Shown here: one piece after another, positions 19,021-29,085 of the stretch
Numbering within the stretch: the first letter of the stretch is position 1
How the letters are laid out: each line of letters opens with the position of its first letter
The notes under the pieces: generated by a model
The model's input: the letters and a program-made list of their open reading frames with translations, nothing else
Database searches by the model: none
What the model was told of the DNA's origin: nothing
Assembly: GCA_963804085.1 (NCBI GenBank)
Contig: CAWDOQ010000002.1
Coordinates: 64,001 to 128,000, forward strand
Direction: 5' to 3'
Source of the DNA: Chlamydiia bacterium
Lineage (GTDB): Bacteria > Chlamydiota > Chlamydiia > Chlamydiales > Rhabdochlamydiaceae
DNA: 64,000 bases
Position numbers and translations under genes: made by a program

Positions 19021-20232
19021 TTAAGCTCTCAAAGGACGCCAGGTCCAAAGAAAGAGCAGACAGGCCAGTCCCATGCCGATGGAGGCCACAGTGACCGGGA
19101 GGTGGGGATAAAGAGCCACAAAAGAGCCGGAAAAGAGGGGCGAGATCCCAATCGCCGCCCATTGAATCGAGTTGTTCATGCCCAGCGCCTCCCCTTGCGA
19201 CTCTTTATCAGCTAGATTTGAGACCAGCGTGGAAGCAGTGGGAAAGATCAGCGCTTCTAAAAAAGCGAGAAGGGGCAAAAAGAGGAAGAGGGCAAAAGTC
19301 GTTTGAATCAAAAGCATGAGCGGTAGTACCGCTCCTAAGCTTAAGAGAGCAAAAGCAAGCAGTCCCTGTGGAGAGAACCTTTTAAGAAAAGGACGGATAA
19401 ACAACCCTTGCGAAAGAGCAATCCAAAGCCCTACCCAAGCGTAAAAATTACCCACCTCTTGTCCGCCAAAGCCGAAGCGTCCCATTAAAAAAAGAGGGGA
19501 AAACTCCGTAAAAAAGCCCCATCCAAAACTAAAGATAAACATCACAGAAAAAATGCCCCTTAAGAGCGGCATGCGAAAGGCTCTTTTAATGTCTTCGATG
19601 CCTGCAGCGAGATTAAGCGGCCGCAGCTTAACACTGGGCAGCGTCTCCTTAAGAGCAACTAGAAGCCAGACGATATTTGCAAGGCAAAGAAGCGCGGCAA
19701 ACAAAAATGGAGTGGTCTTATTGCAAAAAGAAAAGAGGGTTGGATCGCTCAGCTTGCCGCCAAAGTAGGGACCTAAGATAAATCCCACGCCCCACGCCAT
19801 GCCGATCAAGCCAAAGTTTTTTGCCTTATCCCCTTCTGTGCTGCAATCGACTACTATCGATTGTGCAATGGAGTAGTTACCTGCAGAAATTCCGGAAAAC
19901 AGACGCGCGATAAGAAACCCGACTATAGAACTTGTCCAGATGCTGAAAATGCTGAGGAGATAAGCAAAAAAACCAATCCAAAGAGTGGCGAGTAGCACCT
20001 TTTTACGTCCTTTGCGATCGGAAAGCGCGCCCAAAATCGGACCGCCAAAAAACTGCCCGACACAAAAGCAGGAGATGAGCAGACCAAAGAGCCATCCGCG
20101 CATGCCAAGTGTTACCTCTTTTGCGAGAATCCCCTCCTCCGGATTCATGATCAAAAGAGACAAGAGAGGAAAGACAAGCCCAAACCCTACGCTGTCGATA
20201 AAAACTGTAAAAAGAAGCGGAAGAAAACGCAT
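19021..20232 (-). CDS. MFS transporter, TetA/DHA1-like
   Basis: Motif A GALSDRKGRK, GFILGPYFGG, about 12 TM segments; ATG at 20232 (the longer ORF start runs through a half-REP). Confidence 0.88.
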   Translation of the reverse strand: MRFLPLLFTVFIDSVGFGLVFPLLSLLIMNPEEGILAKEVTLGMRGWLFGLLISCFCVGQFFGGPILGALSDRKGRKKVLLATLWIGFFAYLLSIFSIWTSSIVGFLIARLFSGISAGNYSIAQSIVVDCSTEGDKAKNFGLIGMAWGVGFILGPYFGGKLSDPTLFSFCNKTTPFLFAALLCLANIVWLLVALKETLPSVKLRPLNLAAGIEDIKRAFRMPLLRGIFSVMFIFSFGWGFFTEFSPLFLMGRFGFGGQEVGNFYAWVGLWIALSQGLFIRPFLKRFSPQGLLAFALLSLGAVLPLMLLIQTTFALFLFLPLLAFLEALIFPTASTLVSNLADKESQGEALGMNNSIQWAAIGISPLFSGSFVALYPHLPVTVASIGMGLACLLFLWTWRPLRA

Positions 20233-20292
20233 GTGGCAATCATATTGTGTGCATCGATTATTTAAAAGTGTAGACACATCCCGCACCTTCTT

Positions 20293-20328
20293 AACGTGCC
20301 CTTGCCCTTGCCTCTGCCCATGCCCGAT
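20293..20328. repeat. Half copy (left arm) of the REP-like palindrome
   Basis: aacgtgcccttgcccttgcctctgcccatgcccgat. Confidence 0.8.
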
Positions 20329-20464
20329 CTTCTTTTCTCTCTTCTTCTCCATTTTTCTCTTCTTCAATTTTAAAGAAATCTTTAAGAATTGCCGCTAAAA
20401 AAATTTTGTGTTTAAATACACCTTCGTTTTTTCGCAATCAACCTCTTTACAAGGAGAACTGACC

Positions 20465-22339
20465 ATGACAACACTCGCAGTAAGCCCCGAAACAAAAGCA
20501 GCAGACGCCGTCGCAGCCGCAGCCGGCACGACAATCATCGATGTCCACGCAACTAAAGAAGCTACACTTCCTACAGGCGTGCCTAAAATGACACACAACT
20601 GCATGGAATGGACAGTCAAAGTCATTCGTTCTTGGACAGGGGATGAGACCAACTGCTTCTGCAGAATCATCTCATGGGCAGTCACCTTCTTCGCAGCTCT
20701 TCTTGCCACCGCAACAGTTGCCGGTATCCCCTTTGTATGGCTCGGCTTCCAAGAGCATGGCGTACAAAAAGCAGAAGCTCACTACATGAAGTACCCGGTT
20801 ATAGACGAGACTGCAGTATCAGCTGAAGACCATGATGATGTTACCAAAAAGTTAGAGGCAGCACAAAAACAACTAGCAGATGCAGAAGGCGCTCTTACTA
20901 TCCAAAAACAAGCAGTAATAGATGTGAGAGGACAACTCGATGCAGCAAAAGCATCCGCCGGGGTCCCTGCAGCAGAAGTTACCAAACTACAAGCAGATCT
21001 CGAAGAAGCACAAAAAGCGAAACACGAGCTGGATGCACGCGTTGCAACTCTTATCTCTGAAAAAGCAGGTTTGGATGGGCAAGCGAAATCTCTTCAAGCA
21101 CAACTCAATGCACATAAAGCATCAACTGCTAGCCTGCAAGAACAGCTCGGCAAAGCACAATCAGAAGTCATCGCGTTGACAGGTAGCCTTACAACTGCGC
21201 AAACAAGCCTTGATCTAGCAAAAGGAGAAGTTGCCAACTTACAAGCGATGAATAAAGGCAGCGCGGATGTTCTATCAAACGCCACCAAGCCTTTGCAAGA
21301 CCGTATCGGGTTGCTGACCAAAGATAATACAACCAAGCAAGCAGCTATTGCTAAGTTAAACGGCGAACTCACCGCTGCAAATTCTGCAGTGACAAGCTTG
21401 CAAGCTGAACTAGAGACTGCTCAAAAATTAGAAACAGCCACACAAGAACAAGTCAGCGTGTTACAAGGGCAGCTCTTTGAAGCGAACCAAGCACTCACCG
21501 CAAGCAAGCAAGAGGCAGCCCAAGTATCAAAAGATTTTGTTGCCTATAAGAATGCACAGACAAAAGAGGACGTTAAGCAGTTAGGTGCACTGGGTGCGTT
21601 AGAAGGTCGAGCAACAGAAGCAGAGACGCAATTTGCAGCTGAAAAAGCAGAACATGCGAACACAGCGGAGCAGCTCCGTCTTGTTAAGGAGCATGACGCC
21701 AAACTATCTGCAGATCTGAAGTCTCTATCTGCAAAAGTCGAAACAGCCACAAAAGTAGCTGAAGCCAATAAAGACGCTGCTACAAGAACTGCTAAACTTG
21801 CTCAAGAAAATGCACGACTTTCTCAAGAGAAAGCAGATCTCACGAAGCAACTTGAGGGCATGAAAACCCAAGCTGACCTAGATGCTGCAGTGGCTGCTGC
21901 AAAAGCTGGCATGAAAACTCAAGCTGATATCGACAGAGCCGTAAATGCCGCAAAAACAGGTCTCAAAACCCAAGCTGAGTTAGATGCTGCCGTAAAAGCT
22001 GCAACAGGCGATCTAGAAGCTCAATTGAAATCTACGCAGGCACTGCTCGCTAACGCCCAAGTCACCTTAGGCGGTAAAGCTTCAGAAGTGCACCAACAAA
22101 ACGCAACTCTGTTGAAACAAGTTCAAGATCGCGACGGAGAAGTGACCAAATTAAAAAGAGTGCTTGCGGATCAGATTGCAAAAACAGAAGCAACTGAAAA
22201 GTCTCTTGGAGCCGCACGATCAGAGCTTGCAACTAAAACGCAAACTGCAAATCTTGCAGCTGCAGCAGCACCCGCTCCTGCTAAGCCAAAGCCTGAAACA
22301 AAAGCAGCAGCAACACCTGCTTCTGACAAAAAAGCTTAA
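20465..22339 (+). CDS. Inc-like membrane-anchored long coiled-coil protein
   Basis: AGGAG RBS; long hydrophobic segment IISWAVTFFAALLATATVAGIPFVWLGF followed by ~500 aa of Ala/Lys/Gln coiled coil with three KTQAxxDxAVxAA repeats. Confidence 0.7.
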   Translation: MTTLAVSPETKAADAVAAAAGTTIIDVHATKEATLPTGVPKMTHNCMEWTVKVIRSWTGDETNCFCRIISWAVTFFAALLATATVAGIPFVWLGFQEHGVQKAEAHYMKYPVIDETAVSAEDHDDVTKKLEAAQKQLADAEGALTIQKQAVIDVRGQLDAAKASAGVPAAEVTKLQADLEEAQKAKHELDARVATLISEKAGLDGQAKSLQAQLNAHKASTASLQEQLGKAQSEVIALTGSLTTAQTSLDLAKGEVANLQAMNKGSADVLSNATKPLQDRIGLLTKDNTTKQAAIAKLNGELTAANSAVTSLQAELETAQKLETATQEQVSVLQGQLFEANQALTASKQEAAQVSKDFVAYKNAQTKEDVKQLGALGALEGRATEAETQFAAEKAEHANTAEQLRLVKEHDAKLSADLKSLSAKVETATKVAEANKDAATRTAKLAQENARLSQEKADLTKQLEGMKTQADLDAAVAAAKAGMKTQADIDRAVNAAKTGLKTQAELDAAVKAATGDLEAQLKSTQALLANAQVTLGGKASEVHQQNATLLKQVQDRDGEVTKLKRVLADQIAKTEATEKSLGAARSELATKTQTANLAAAAAPAPAKPKPETKAAATPASDKKA

Positions 22340-22368
22340 TCGTTCTAGCTTAAGCTTATAACCTAAAC

Positions 22369-22403
22369 GGGCGCCGGGGTTTTCCCCAGCGCCCTTTTCT
22401 TTT
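22369..22403 (+). terminator. Rho-independent terminator
   Basis: gggcgccgggg-tttt-ccccagcgccc stem followed by ttttctttt. Confidence 0.8.
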
Positions 22404-22414
22404 GAGACATCTTC

Positions 22415-22498
22415 TCGTTACCGTTACCGTTTCCCGTCACCGTTACCGATCTTTCTTCTTTTTTCGGTAACGGTGACGGGAAACGGTAACGGTAACGA
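22415..22498. repeat. Palindrome with TTACCG hexamer arms
   Basis: Perfect 35-bp inverted repeat tcgttaccgttaccgtttcccgtcaccgttaccga with a 14-nt pyrimidine loop. Confidence 0.92.
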
Positions 22499-22537
22499 AA
22501 TTAGAAGAGGTGGTCTGATATAACCGCGTACTCCAAA

Positions 22538-22566
22538 TTGACTTATCAGAGAAAACTCGGTATGCT
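22538..22566 (+). promoter_or_regulatory. Sigma66/sigma70-type promoter of serS
   Basis: TTGACT-17 nt-TATGCT, 8 nt upstream of the ATG. Confidence 0.6.
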
Positions 22567-22574
22567 CTCGGTAT

Positions 22575-23859
22575 ATGCTAGACATAAAACTTCTGCGCAA
22601 AGATAGCAGCTATTACGAGAAAAAGCTCAAGACAAAGGACCCGGAGGTCTCACTCGCGCCGGTTCTTGCCCTCGACGAGAAGATCCGCGAGATCAAGGCA
22701 AGTGTCGAGGAGATGAAGGCAAAGCGCAACCATCTCTCTCAAGAGATCGGCGAGAAGAAGCGCAAAAAAGAGGATGCCTCGACTTTAATGAAAGAGGTCT
22801 CGGGCATGGGCGAGAAGATCGCCGAGCTGGATCGCCAGCTTGCGTGTGTGGAGGCGGAGTTTACAGAACAGCTGGCCTCTCTTCCCAACCTGCCGCTTGA
22901 TGAGATCAAAGTCTCATCAGACCCCAAAGATAATGTCTGCATCAAGACACGCGGTGAAAAACCAGACTTCAGCTTCCCCTTTAAAAACCATGTGGAGCTC
23001 AATGAAAGGCTGGATATCTTCGACTTTCCCGCGCGGTGCAAAAATATCGGGAAGCGGCTGGCCTGTCTATAAAGATTTAGGCGCAAGGCTTGAGTGGGCG
23101 CTTTTAAACTACATGCTGGATATCCAGATCGAAAATGGGTTTAAGATGTGGATGGTGCCGCTGCTTGCAAAACCGGAGATCGTCTATGGCTCGGGGCAGC
23201 TGCCAAAGTTTGAGCATCAGCTTTTTAAAATCAACGACCCACACCACAACCTCTATCTTCTACCGACCTCTGAGGTCGCTCTGAATGGCCTCCACTACAA
23301 TGAGATCTTAAAAGAGGAGGAGCTCCCGCTCAAGTACACTGCATACACTCCCTGCTTTAGAAGAGAGGCGGGAGCAGCAGGTTCGCAAGAAAGGGGCTTG
23401 ATCCGCGTGCATCAATTCAATAAGGTAGAGATGTTCGCCTTCACTACACCGGAACAGAGTATGGCTATGTTTGAAGAGATGGTAGCAAGCGCAGAGAAGA
23501 TCCTCGAGGGGCTCGGCCTTCATTACCGCAACATGCTGCTTGTGACGGGCGATATGTCCTTTCAAGCGACAAAAACTGTCGACATCGAAGTCTGGCTGCC
23601 GGGACAGAACAGATACTACGAGGTCTCTTCTGTCTCCCACTGCTCAGATTTTCAGGCAAGACGTTCTCTTACCCGTTTCCGCAAGAAAGAGGAGAAGCCG
23701 GAGTTTGTCCATACGCTCAACGGCTCTGGGCTTGCCACTTCGCGCCTCATGGTAGCTCTTTTAGAAAATAATCAGAGAGAGGATGGCTCTGTCTCTCTTC
23801 CTATCGTCTTACATAAATACATGAATGGGATCAAAGAATTATGCCCAGTAAAGACCTAA
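22575..23859 (+). CDS. serS: Serine-tRNA ligase (one +1 frameshift near 23028-23031)
   Basis: MLDIKLLR N-terminus and coiled arm; GQLPKF, PTSEV, CFRREAG, GLIRVHQF, HTLNGSGLA. Confidence 0.93.
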
Positions 23860-25127
23860 GCGACTTTAAGTCCTTTCTAGACAAGTCACCTACCTCGTGG
23901 CATGCAGCAGAAGAGCTTGCTAAACGCTTGGCCTCTAGTGGTTTTTCTCGCTTACACGAAGAGGAGAAGTGGAAGCTGCAAAAAGGCAAGAGCTACTTTG
24001 TACAGCGAGGCGGCTCACTCTGCGCCTTTTCGCTTCCTAAAAAAACAGCAAAGAGAGCAGTCATCTTGGGGTCGCACACAGATAGCCCCGCACTTAAAGT
24101 AAAACCCAAACCTGAAGTGCAAAAAGAGAATATGATCCTGTTGGGTGTCGAAGTCTATGGAAGCCCGCTTCTGACCTCCTGGCTTAACCGCGATCTCGCT
24201 CTAGCTGGAAGAGTGGCTGTCACAAACAAGAAAGGCAAAATACAAGAGAAGCTTGTCTTTTTAGACGAAGCTCCTCTTTTTATCCCACAGCTCGCACCCC
24301 ATCTAGATCGCGACGTAAACGAAAAAGGGCTTCTTCTCAACAAGCAGGAGCATCTAGTTCCCATCGCGACTTTGATAAGCTCAAAAGGCAAACAGAAGAG
24401 CTATTTAGAAACGCTCTTAAAGAGGCAGATCTCTTTTGATTCTCTTCTCTCTTTTGATCTTTTTTTGGTGCCGATAGAAAAGAGCCGCTACTTAGGGACA
24501 GAAGAGGAGATGCTCTCCTCCTATCGCCTCGACAACTTGGCAAGTGCACACTCCTGCGCCTCCGCCCTCATGGATTCAAAAGAATCGCAAGAGACACTGC
24601 AGATGGCAATTTTCTCCGATCATGAGGAGATCGGCTCGCGCTCATCGACTGGCGCCGCCTCTCCTTTTTTAGAAGATATCCTAAAGCGGATCACATACGC
24701 GCTTCAAATGGATGAAGAGGAGTTCTTCCAGATGAAGAGCCGCTCTCTATGCGTCTCGGTCGACATGGCCCATGCGCTCAATCCTAACTACGTGCAAAAG
24801 TATGATCCCAACCATCAGCCGCTGCTCGGCAAAGGGATCGTGGTGAAATACAACGCCGATCTCAAATACACCACTTCTGCGCCCACTGCCGCACAAGTGA
24901 TACGCCTTGCCGAAAAACTTAAACTCCCCTACCAATCTTTTGTATCGCGCTCGGACATTCCCGGGGGATCCACGATCGGTCCTATTCTGGCACAAAGTTT
25001 AGGTATCGCGACAGTTGACATAGGCTGCCCGCAGCTCTCGATGCACTCTGCTCGCGAGGTGATGGCCTGCCAAGATTTTCTCGACATGTCCACTCTACTC
25101 ACTCATCTCCTTGGTGAAGACTACTAA
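23841..25127 (+). CDS. M18 family (aspartyl) aminopeptidase
   Basis: SHTDSP, SWLNRDL, RLDNL, DHEEIGS, DMAHA, GSTIGP, LSMHSARE. Confidence 0.92.
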   Translation: MPSKDLSDFKSFLDKSPTSWHAAEELAKRLASSGFSRLHEEEKWKLQKGKSYFVQRGGSLCAFSLPKKTAKRAVILGSHTDSPALKVKPKPEVQKENMILLGVEVYGSPLLTSWLNRDLALAGRVAVTNKKGKIQEKLVFLDEAPLFIPQLAPHLDRDVNEKGLLLNKQEHLVPIATLISSKGKQKSYLETLLKRQISFDSLLSFDLFLVPIEKSRYLGTEEEMLSSYRLDNLASAHSCASALMDSKESQETLQMAIFSDHEEIGSRSSTGAASPFLEDILKRITYALQMDEEEFFQMKSRSLCVSVDMAHALNPNYVQKYDPNHQPLLGKGIVVKYNADLKYTTSAPTAAQVIRLAEKLKLPYQSFVSRSDIPGGSTIGPILAQSLGIATVDIGCPQLSMHSAREVMACQDFLDMSTLLTHLLGEDY

Positions 25128-25128
25128 T

Positions 25129-25887
25129 ATGGTTCTTCCTCCACCTTCTGAGCATTTTCAAGGAAAGAGCGTCGTCGAGCATCTGATCGAAGCGCGCACA
25201 AAAGGGGCGTTTGCTTCAAGCGAGATCCACGGCACCGAGATGCCCGGGTATTTGGGAGCAGGATCGGATGGAGCAAATGAGACGTGCGTAGCGCTCCTCC
25301 TCATCTGGGTTGCGCTCTCCCCTTTTGCGCTAAGCTCAACGCAAATTCTTTTAGCCCTCGTTTTTTTCTCCTGCGGCTTTCTTGTCTGGAAAGTGGGTAG
25401 AAGCGCACTTTTGGGATGGGCAAGGCTAGAGCGGCTCCACCGCCTGACCGAAGAGGAGCGCTGGGAGATCGAACACCATAGAGCACAGGAAAGAGAGGAG
25501 CTAACAGAGCTCTACCGCGCCAAAGGCTTCGAAGGAAAACTTTTAGAAGAAGCAATCGATGTGCTGATGGCAGATGATAACCGTCTACTCCGTGTGATGC
25601 TCGAAGAGGAGCTCGGTCTGACACTGGAAAGCTACGAGCACCCCCTAAAGCAGAGCGTAGGCGCTTTTGTAGGCGTTCTACTTGCAGCCACTCTTTTGAT
25701 AGCTAGCTATTGGATCAGCCCCGTTTATGGCATAGCGATAAGCGCCTTTTGCTTAATCAGCATCTCCAGCATAATCAGCGCCAAAAGACAGCGCAACCAT
25801 GTGCTGCCTGCGATGATATGGCATCTTGCAGTAGCCGCTTTTGGCGGTTTTGCTGCTTATTTTTTGACAAAAGCTCTTTCTGTTTAA
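25129..25887 (+). CDS. VIT1/CCC1 family membrane protein
   Basis: EREELTELYRAKG...MLEEELG cytoplasmic domain flanked by TM helices. Confidence 0.8.
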   Translation: MVLPPPSEHFQGKSVVEHLIEARTKGAFASSEIHGTEMPGYLGAGSDGANETCVALLLIWVALSPFALSSTQILLALVFFSCGFLVWKVGRSALLGWARLERLHRLTEEERWEIEHHRAQEREELTELYRAKGFEGKLLEEAIDVLMADDNRLLRVMLEEELGLTLESYEHPLKQSVGAFVGVLLAATLLIASYWISPVYGIAISAFCLISISSIISAKRQRNHVLPAMIWHLAVAAFGGFAAYFLTKALSV

Positions 25888-25891
25888 AACA

Positions 25892-27856
25892 ATGCTTCGC
25901 ACTTCGCCCTACATCTTCGATGAGTTCTTCGCCTCAGGAAGGGAGGAGAGCATCAGCCCCTTTCTTAAGCCAACCTCCCGCAGGTGGGGTAAAAATCTCC
26001 CTCTAAAAAGTGCTGCTCTCTCTGCTTTTCTTTTGGCAGCCGCATTTACAACCTCCTTTTTTCATCCCGTTTTTGCTTCGATGCTCCTAGCCTCTGTCTA
26101 TTTTTTTGTGGGAACGCCCGCTCTCATCGATGCGCTGAGCGACCTAAAAAACTTAGAGATCAACATCGATGTTCTGATGACGCTTGCGGCGCTTCTGTCA
26201 ATTCTAATTGGTAGCGAAATGGAGGGGGCGCTTCTTCTGGTGCTCTTCGAACTATCGGCTGCTATCGAAAATAGCGTGACACAAAAAGCCAAGGGCACAC
26301 TCTCTTCTCTTCATCAGCTTACGCCGCGCACGGCATGGGTGGCAGATGAAAATGGCACACTCTACGAAAAGGCGGTATCCGAGATTGCTATCGGTACGCC
26401 TCTTCTCATCAAAGCAGGAGAGCTCGTCCCTCTCGATGGCGTCGTGACCTTCGGAAGCTCCGCGCTCAATCTTGTCCACCTCACAGGCGAAAGCCACCCG
26501 ATCCCAAAAGAGATAGGAGCAGAAGTGCCCGCAGGCGCGCGCAATCTAGATGGCGTGCTCACGATCCGCGTGACGCGCACAAGCCGAGACTCGACACTCT
26601 CTCGCATCATCCAGCTCATCACCCACGCCCAAGAGACCAAACCAAAACTTGCGCGCATCATCGATAGGTTTGGCAAGTGGTACGCCGCAGCGATCATCCT
26701 CCTGTTTTTTATTTTTGCCGGCACTCTGCCTTGGATCTTCTCTATCCCCTACCTTGGAACAGAAGGAGGCCTTTATCGCGCACTCACCTTCCTCATCGCC
26801 GCCTCTCCTTGCGCGCTCGTCATCGCAACACCGATCGCTTACATGAGCGCCATCTCTGCCTGTGCAAAAAAGGGAATCGTGCTCAAAGGCGGCATCGTGC
26901 TGGATGCGCTCTCTCGCTCTCACACAATCGCCTTTGATAAGACCGGAACGCTTACAACCGGCAAGCTTCAGTGCGTCTCATTCGAACCACTCTCGGAAAA
27001 GCCTAACTGCTCGCTCGAAAGAGCGCTCGCGCTCGCTTATGCGCTCGAAAGAAATGCACTCCACCCGATTGGAGAGGCGATCTCTGCCTATGCACAGAAG
27101 CAGGAGCTTGCGCCTGCACTGATCGACCGATTTAAAGCAGTTGCAGGTTCCGGCTTAGAAGCCCACACAAAAGAGTATCCTGTCTACATCGGGCGTCCCG
27201 AGTTTATCCACTCAAAACTCTCCCCTCCGTTTCGCGCTAAATGGGAAGAGATAAAACCCCGCTTCCGCAAAGAAGGACACCTTTCTACACTTCTTCTGGT
27301 TGGAGATTCTCTTTTTATTTTCTATTTCACCGATCAGGTGCGTGCACAAGCAAAAGAGATGATTCAAACGCTATCTGGCAGACACAAGATTGTCATGCTG
27401 ACGGGTGATCATAAAGACAATGCCGAGTATGTCGCAAAAAAACTGAATATCGACACGGTCTTTGCAGATCTACACCCCGAAGATAAGTTACAAAAAGTAG
27501 CAGAACTCTCCGAAAAAGGTGGGCTGATCATGGTGGGCGATGGGATTAATGATGCGCCCGCACTTGCGCGCGCAACCGTCGGCGTCTCGATGGGCAAGAT
27601 CGGCAGCGCCACAGCAGTGGATGCCTCCGACGTCGTCTTCCTTCAAGATGACCTTTCGCTCCTTCCCTGGTTAAAAGCAAAGGCGGACAAAACCCTGCGC
27701 ATTGTAAAAGAGAATCTCTTGCTTGCGCTTGCTGTGATACTCCTCGCGACAACTCCGGCCCTTCTCGGCCTCGTTCCTCTCTGGATCGCCGTCCTTCTGC
27801 ACGAAGGCGGCACGGTGCTTGTCGGCCTGAACTGCCTCCGCCTTCTCAAGAAGTAA
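25892..27856 (+). CDS. Heavy-metal translocating P1B-type ATPase
   Basis: TGES, SPC in TM, DKTGTLT, HP, MLTGD, MVGDGINDAP, HEGGT. Confidence 0.93.
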   Translation: MLRTSPYIFDEFFASGREESISPFLKPTSRRWGKNLPLKSAALSAFLLAAAFTTSFFHPVFASMLLASVYFFVGTPALIDALSDLKNLEINIDVLMTLAALLSILIGSEMEGALLLVLFELSAAIENSVTQKAKGTLSSLHQLTPRTAWVADENGTLYEKAVSEIAIGTPLLIKAGELVPLDGVVTFGSSALNLVHLTGESHPIPKEIGAEVPAGARNLDGVLTIRVTRTSRDSTLSRIIQLITHAQETKPKLARIIDRFGKWYAAAIILLFFIFAGTLPWIFSIPYLGTEGGLYRALTFLIAASPCALVIATPIAYMSAISACAKKGIVLKGGIVLDALSRSHTIAFDKTGTLTTGKLQCVSFEPLSEKPNCSLERALALAYALERNALHPIGEAISAYAQKQELAPALIDRFKAVAGSGLEAHTKEYPVYIGRPEFIHSKLSPPFRAKWEEIKPRFRKEGHLSTLLLVGDSLFIFYFTDQVRAQAKEMIQTLSGRHKIVMLTGDHKDNAEYVAKKLNIDTVFADLHPEDKLQKVAELSEKGGLIMVGDGINDAPALARATVGVSMGKIGSATAVDASDVVFLQDDLSLLPWLKAKADKTLRIVKENLLLALAVILLATTPALLGLVPLWIAVLLHEGGTVLVGLNCLRLLKK

Positions 27857-28042
27857 TGAACCTCTTGCGTAACCTCATTCGCCCGCTAAAACCGCCCTTT
27901 TGAATCCAGCTGCCTCGCAACTCCTCAACCAACTTTATTCAAGTTGGTCTCGTCGTTGCGACCAGGCCAGCTTCGCTGGCCTTGGCAGCTGGATTCAAAA
28001 ACATCGATTTTTTCGGGCAAAGCAGGTTACGCAAGAGGTTCA
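27857..28042. mobile_element. 186-bp MITE-like palindromic element
   Basis: Perfect 19-bp TIR tgaacctcttgcgtaacct / aggttacgcaagaggttca; inner 17-bp IR ttttgaatccagctgcc / ggcagctggattcaaaa; no ORF. Confidence 0.8.
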
Positions 28043-28048
28043 AGAGGT

Positions 28049-28981
28049 CTAGGAATAACAAGGAGCTACCCCAGCAGTTGAGGATCTACCATTATGGGGG
28101 ACGATAGTGACAAAGCCTTTTTGAGGACATCCAACAAAAATTTCGTTGTCCCCGGGGGCACCTAGCTCATCGCGTGTGCGCGTAAAGGTCCATGTTTTGT
28201 GATCTTTTCGCGGAAAGAGGGTAATTTGGTAGCGGGCATAATGGGCAACTACGCTCACGGTTATCCAGAAAGCTTTTCCTAGCTTTAACCCATATTGGCT
28301 TTCTGCGTCACTTTGCATGAGTCCCCTGCTTTTGGGATCTATCTCCTTTTGCATCCATAACCATATCGATTTGGCATTAGACTCATCTCCAAATTTTGTT
28401 AAAATAGCGGGTCGAATATCGAAACGCTTTCCACTCTTCTCTGCAAGGGGGGCAAAAGCGTTAAAATTAAATGGCCGGCCATCTACTGTCGCGGGAATCA
28501 AGGTGAGTGTGTGGGTCTTTTTTAGCCGTGCAGCTAGGGCGGAGATATTTGCAGGGAGCCGGGGCATTGGGCCAGGCTCTCCCCAACCCTGTTTCATGTA
28601 TTCTCGCGGACCAAAAGCCATTTTGGGAATATCAAAGACATCTTTGTAGCGCCCGCTAACAGGTGCTGAAGTCACGCCGATATTTACGCATTGAGCTTTC
28701 CAGACTTTGTCGGGTATCTTCCAGGATTTGCAGACTCTTTCGCATGTCGCTACCTCTTCGGGCAATAGGTAGTGCATGGCGATGTAAAAGGCGTCGGGAG
28801 ATTGCTGCGAGATATCACCTTTATTTTCCGGTTTAGGAGCAAACAGCTCGCATATCCATGTGCAAAAAGCATTCCAGATCGCGCAAATGCGCTCTAAAAG
28901 CTCCATATAGCAGGGCTTTTCTTCGAATATTACCGGAACTGTAATTGCAGGATCTGAGCCTATTGGTTGCGTCATAGACAA
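28049..28981 (-). CDS. F-box-like putative effector
   Basis: PDAFYIAMHYLLPEEVATCERVCKSW...VWK F-box pattern after an amphipathic Trp/Cys-rich N-terminal helix. Confidence 0.7.
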   Translation of the reverse strand: MSMTQPIGSDPAITVPVIFEEKPCYMELLERICAIWNAFCTWICELFAPKPENKGDISQQSPDAFYIAMHYLLPEEVATCERVCKSWKIPDKVWKAQCVNIGVTSAPVSGRYKDVFDIPKMAFGPREYMKQGWGEPGPMPRLPANISALAARLKKTHTLTLIPATVDGRPFNFNAFAPLAEKSGKRFDIRPAILTKFGDESNAKSIWLWMQKEIDPKSRGLMQSDAESQYGLKLGKAFWITVSVVAHYARYQITLFPRKDHKTWTFTRTRDELGAPGDNEIFVGCPQKGFVTIVPHNGRSSTAGVAPCYS

Positions 28982-29085
28982 AAATTATACCACTTAAGCT
29001 GAAATTCTCGAAAGACCAAGAATAGAGGCAATAAAAATTTAAATAGGTGCTAGCCATTTTTTGATCTAGGCGTTATGTAGAGGGT

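Noticed and set aside
20233-20367. N-terminal extensions of MFS, YbaB (336-416) and MORN-1 (56002-56163) in the ORF track
   Set aside because: They translate repeat or promoter DNA; better starts with RBS or paralog support lie downstream
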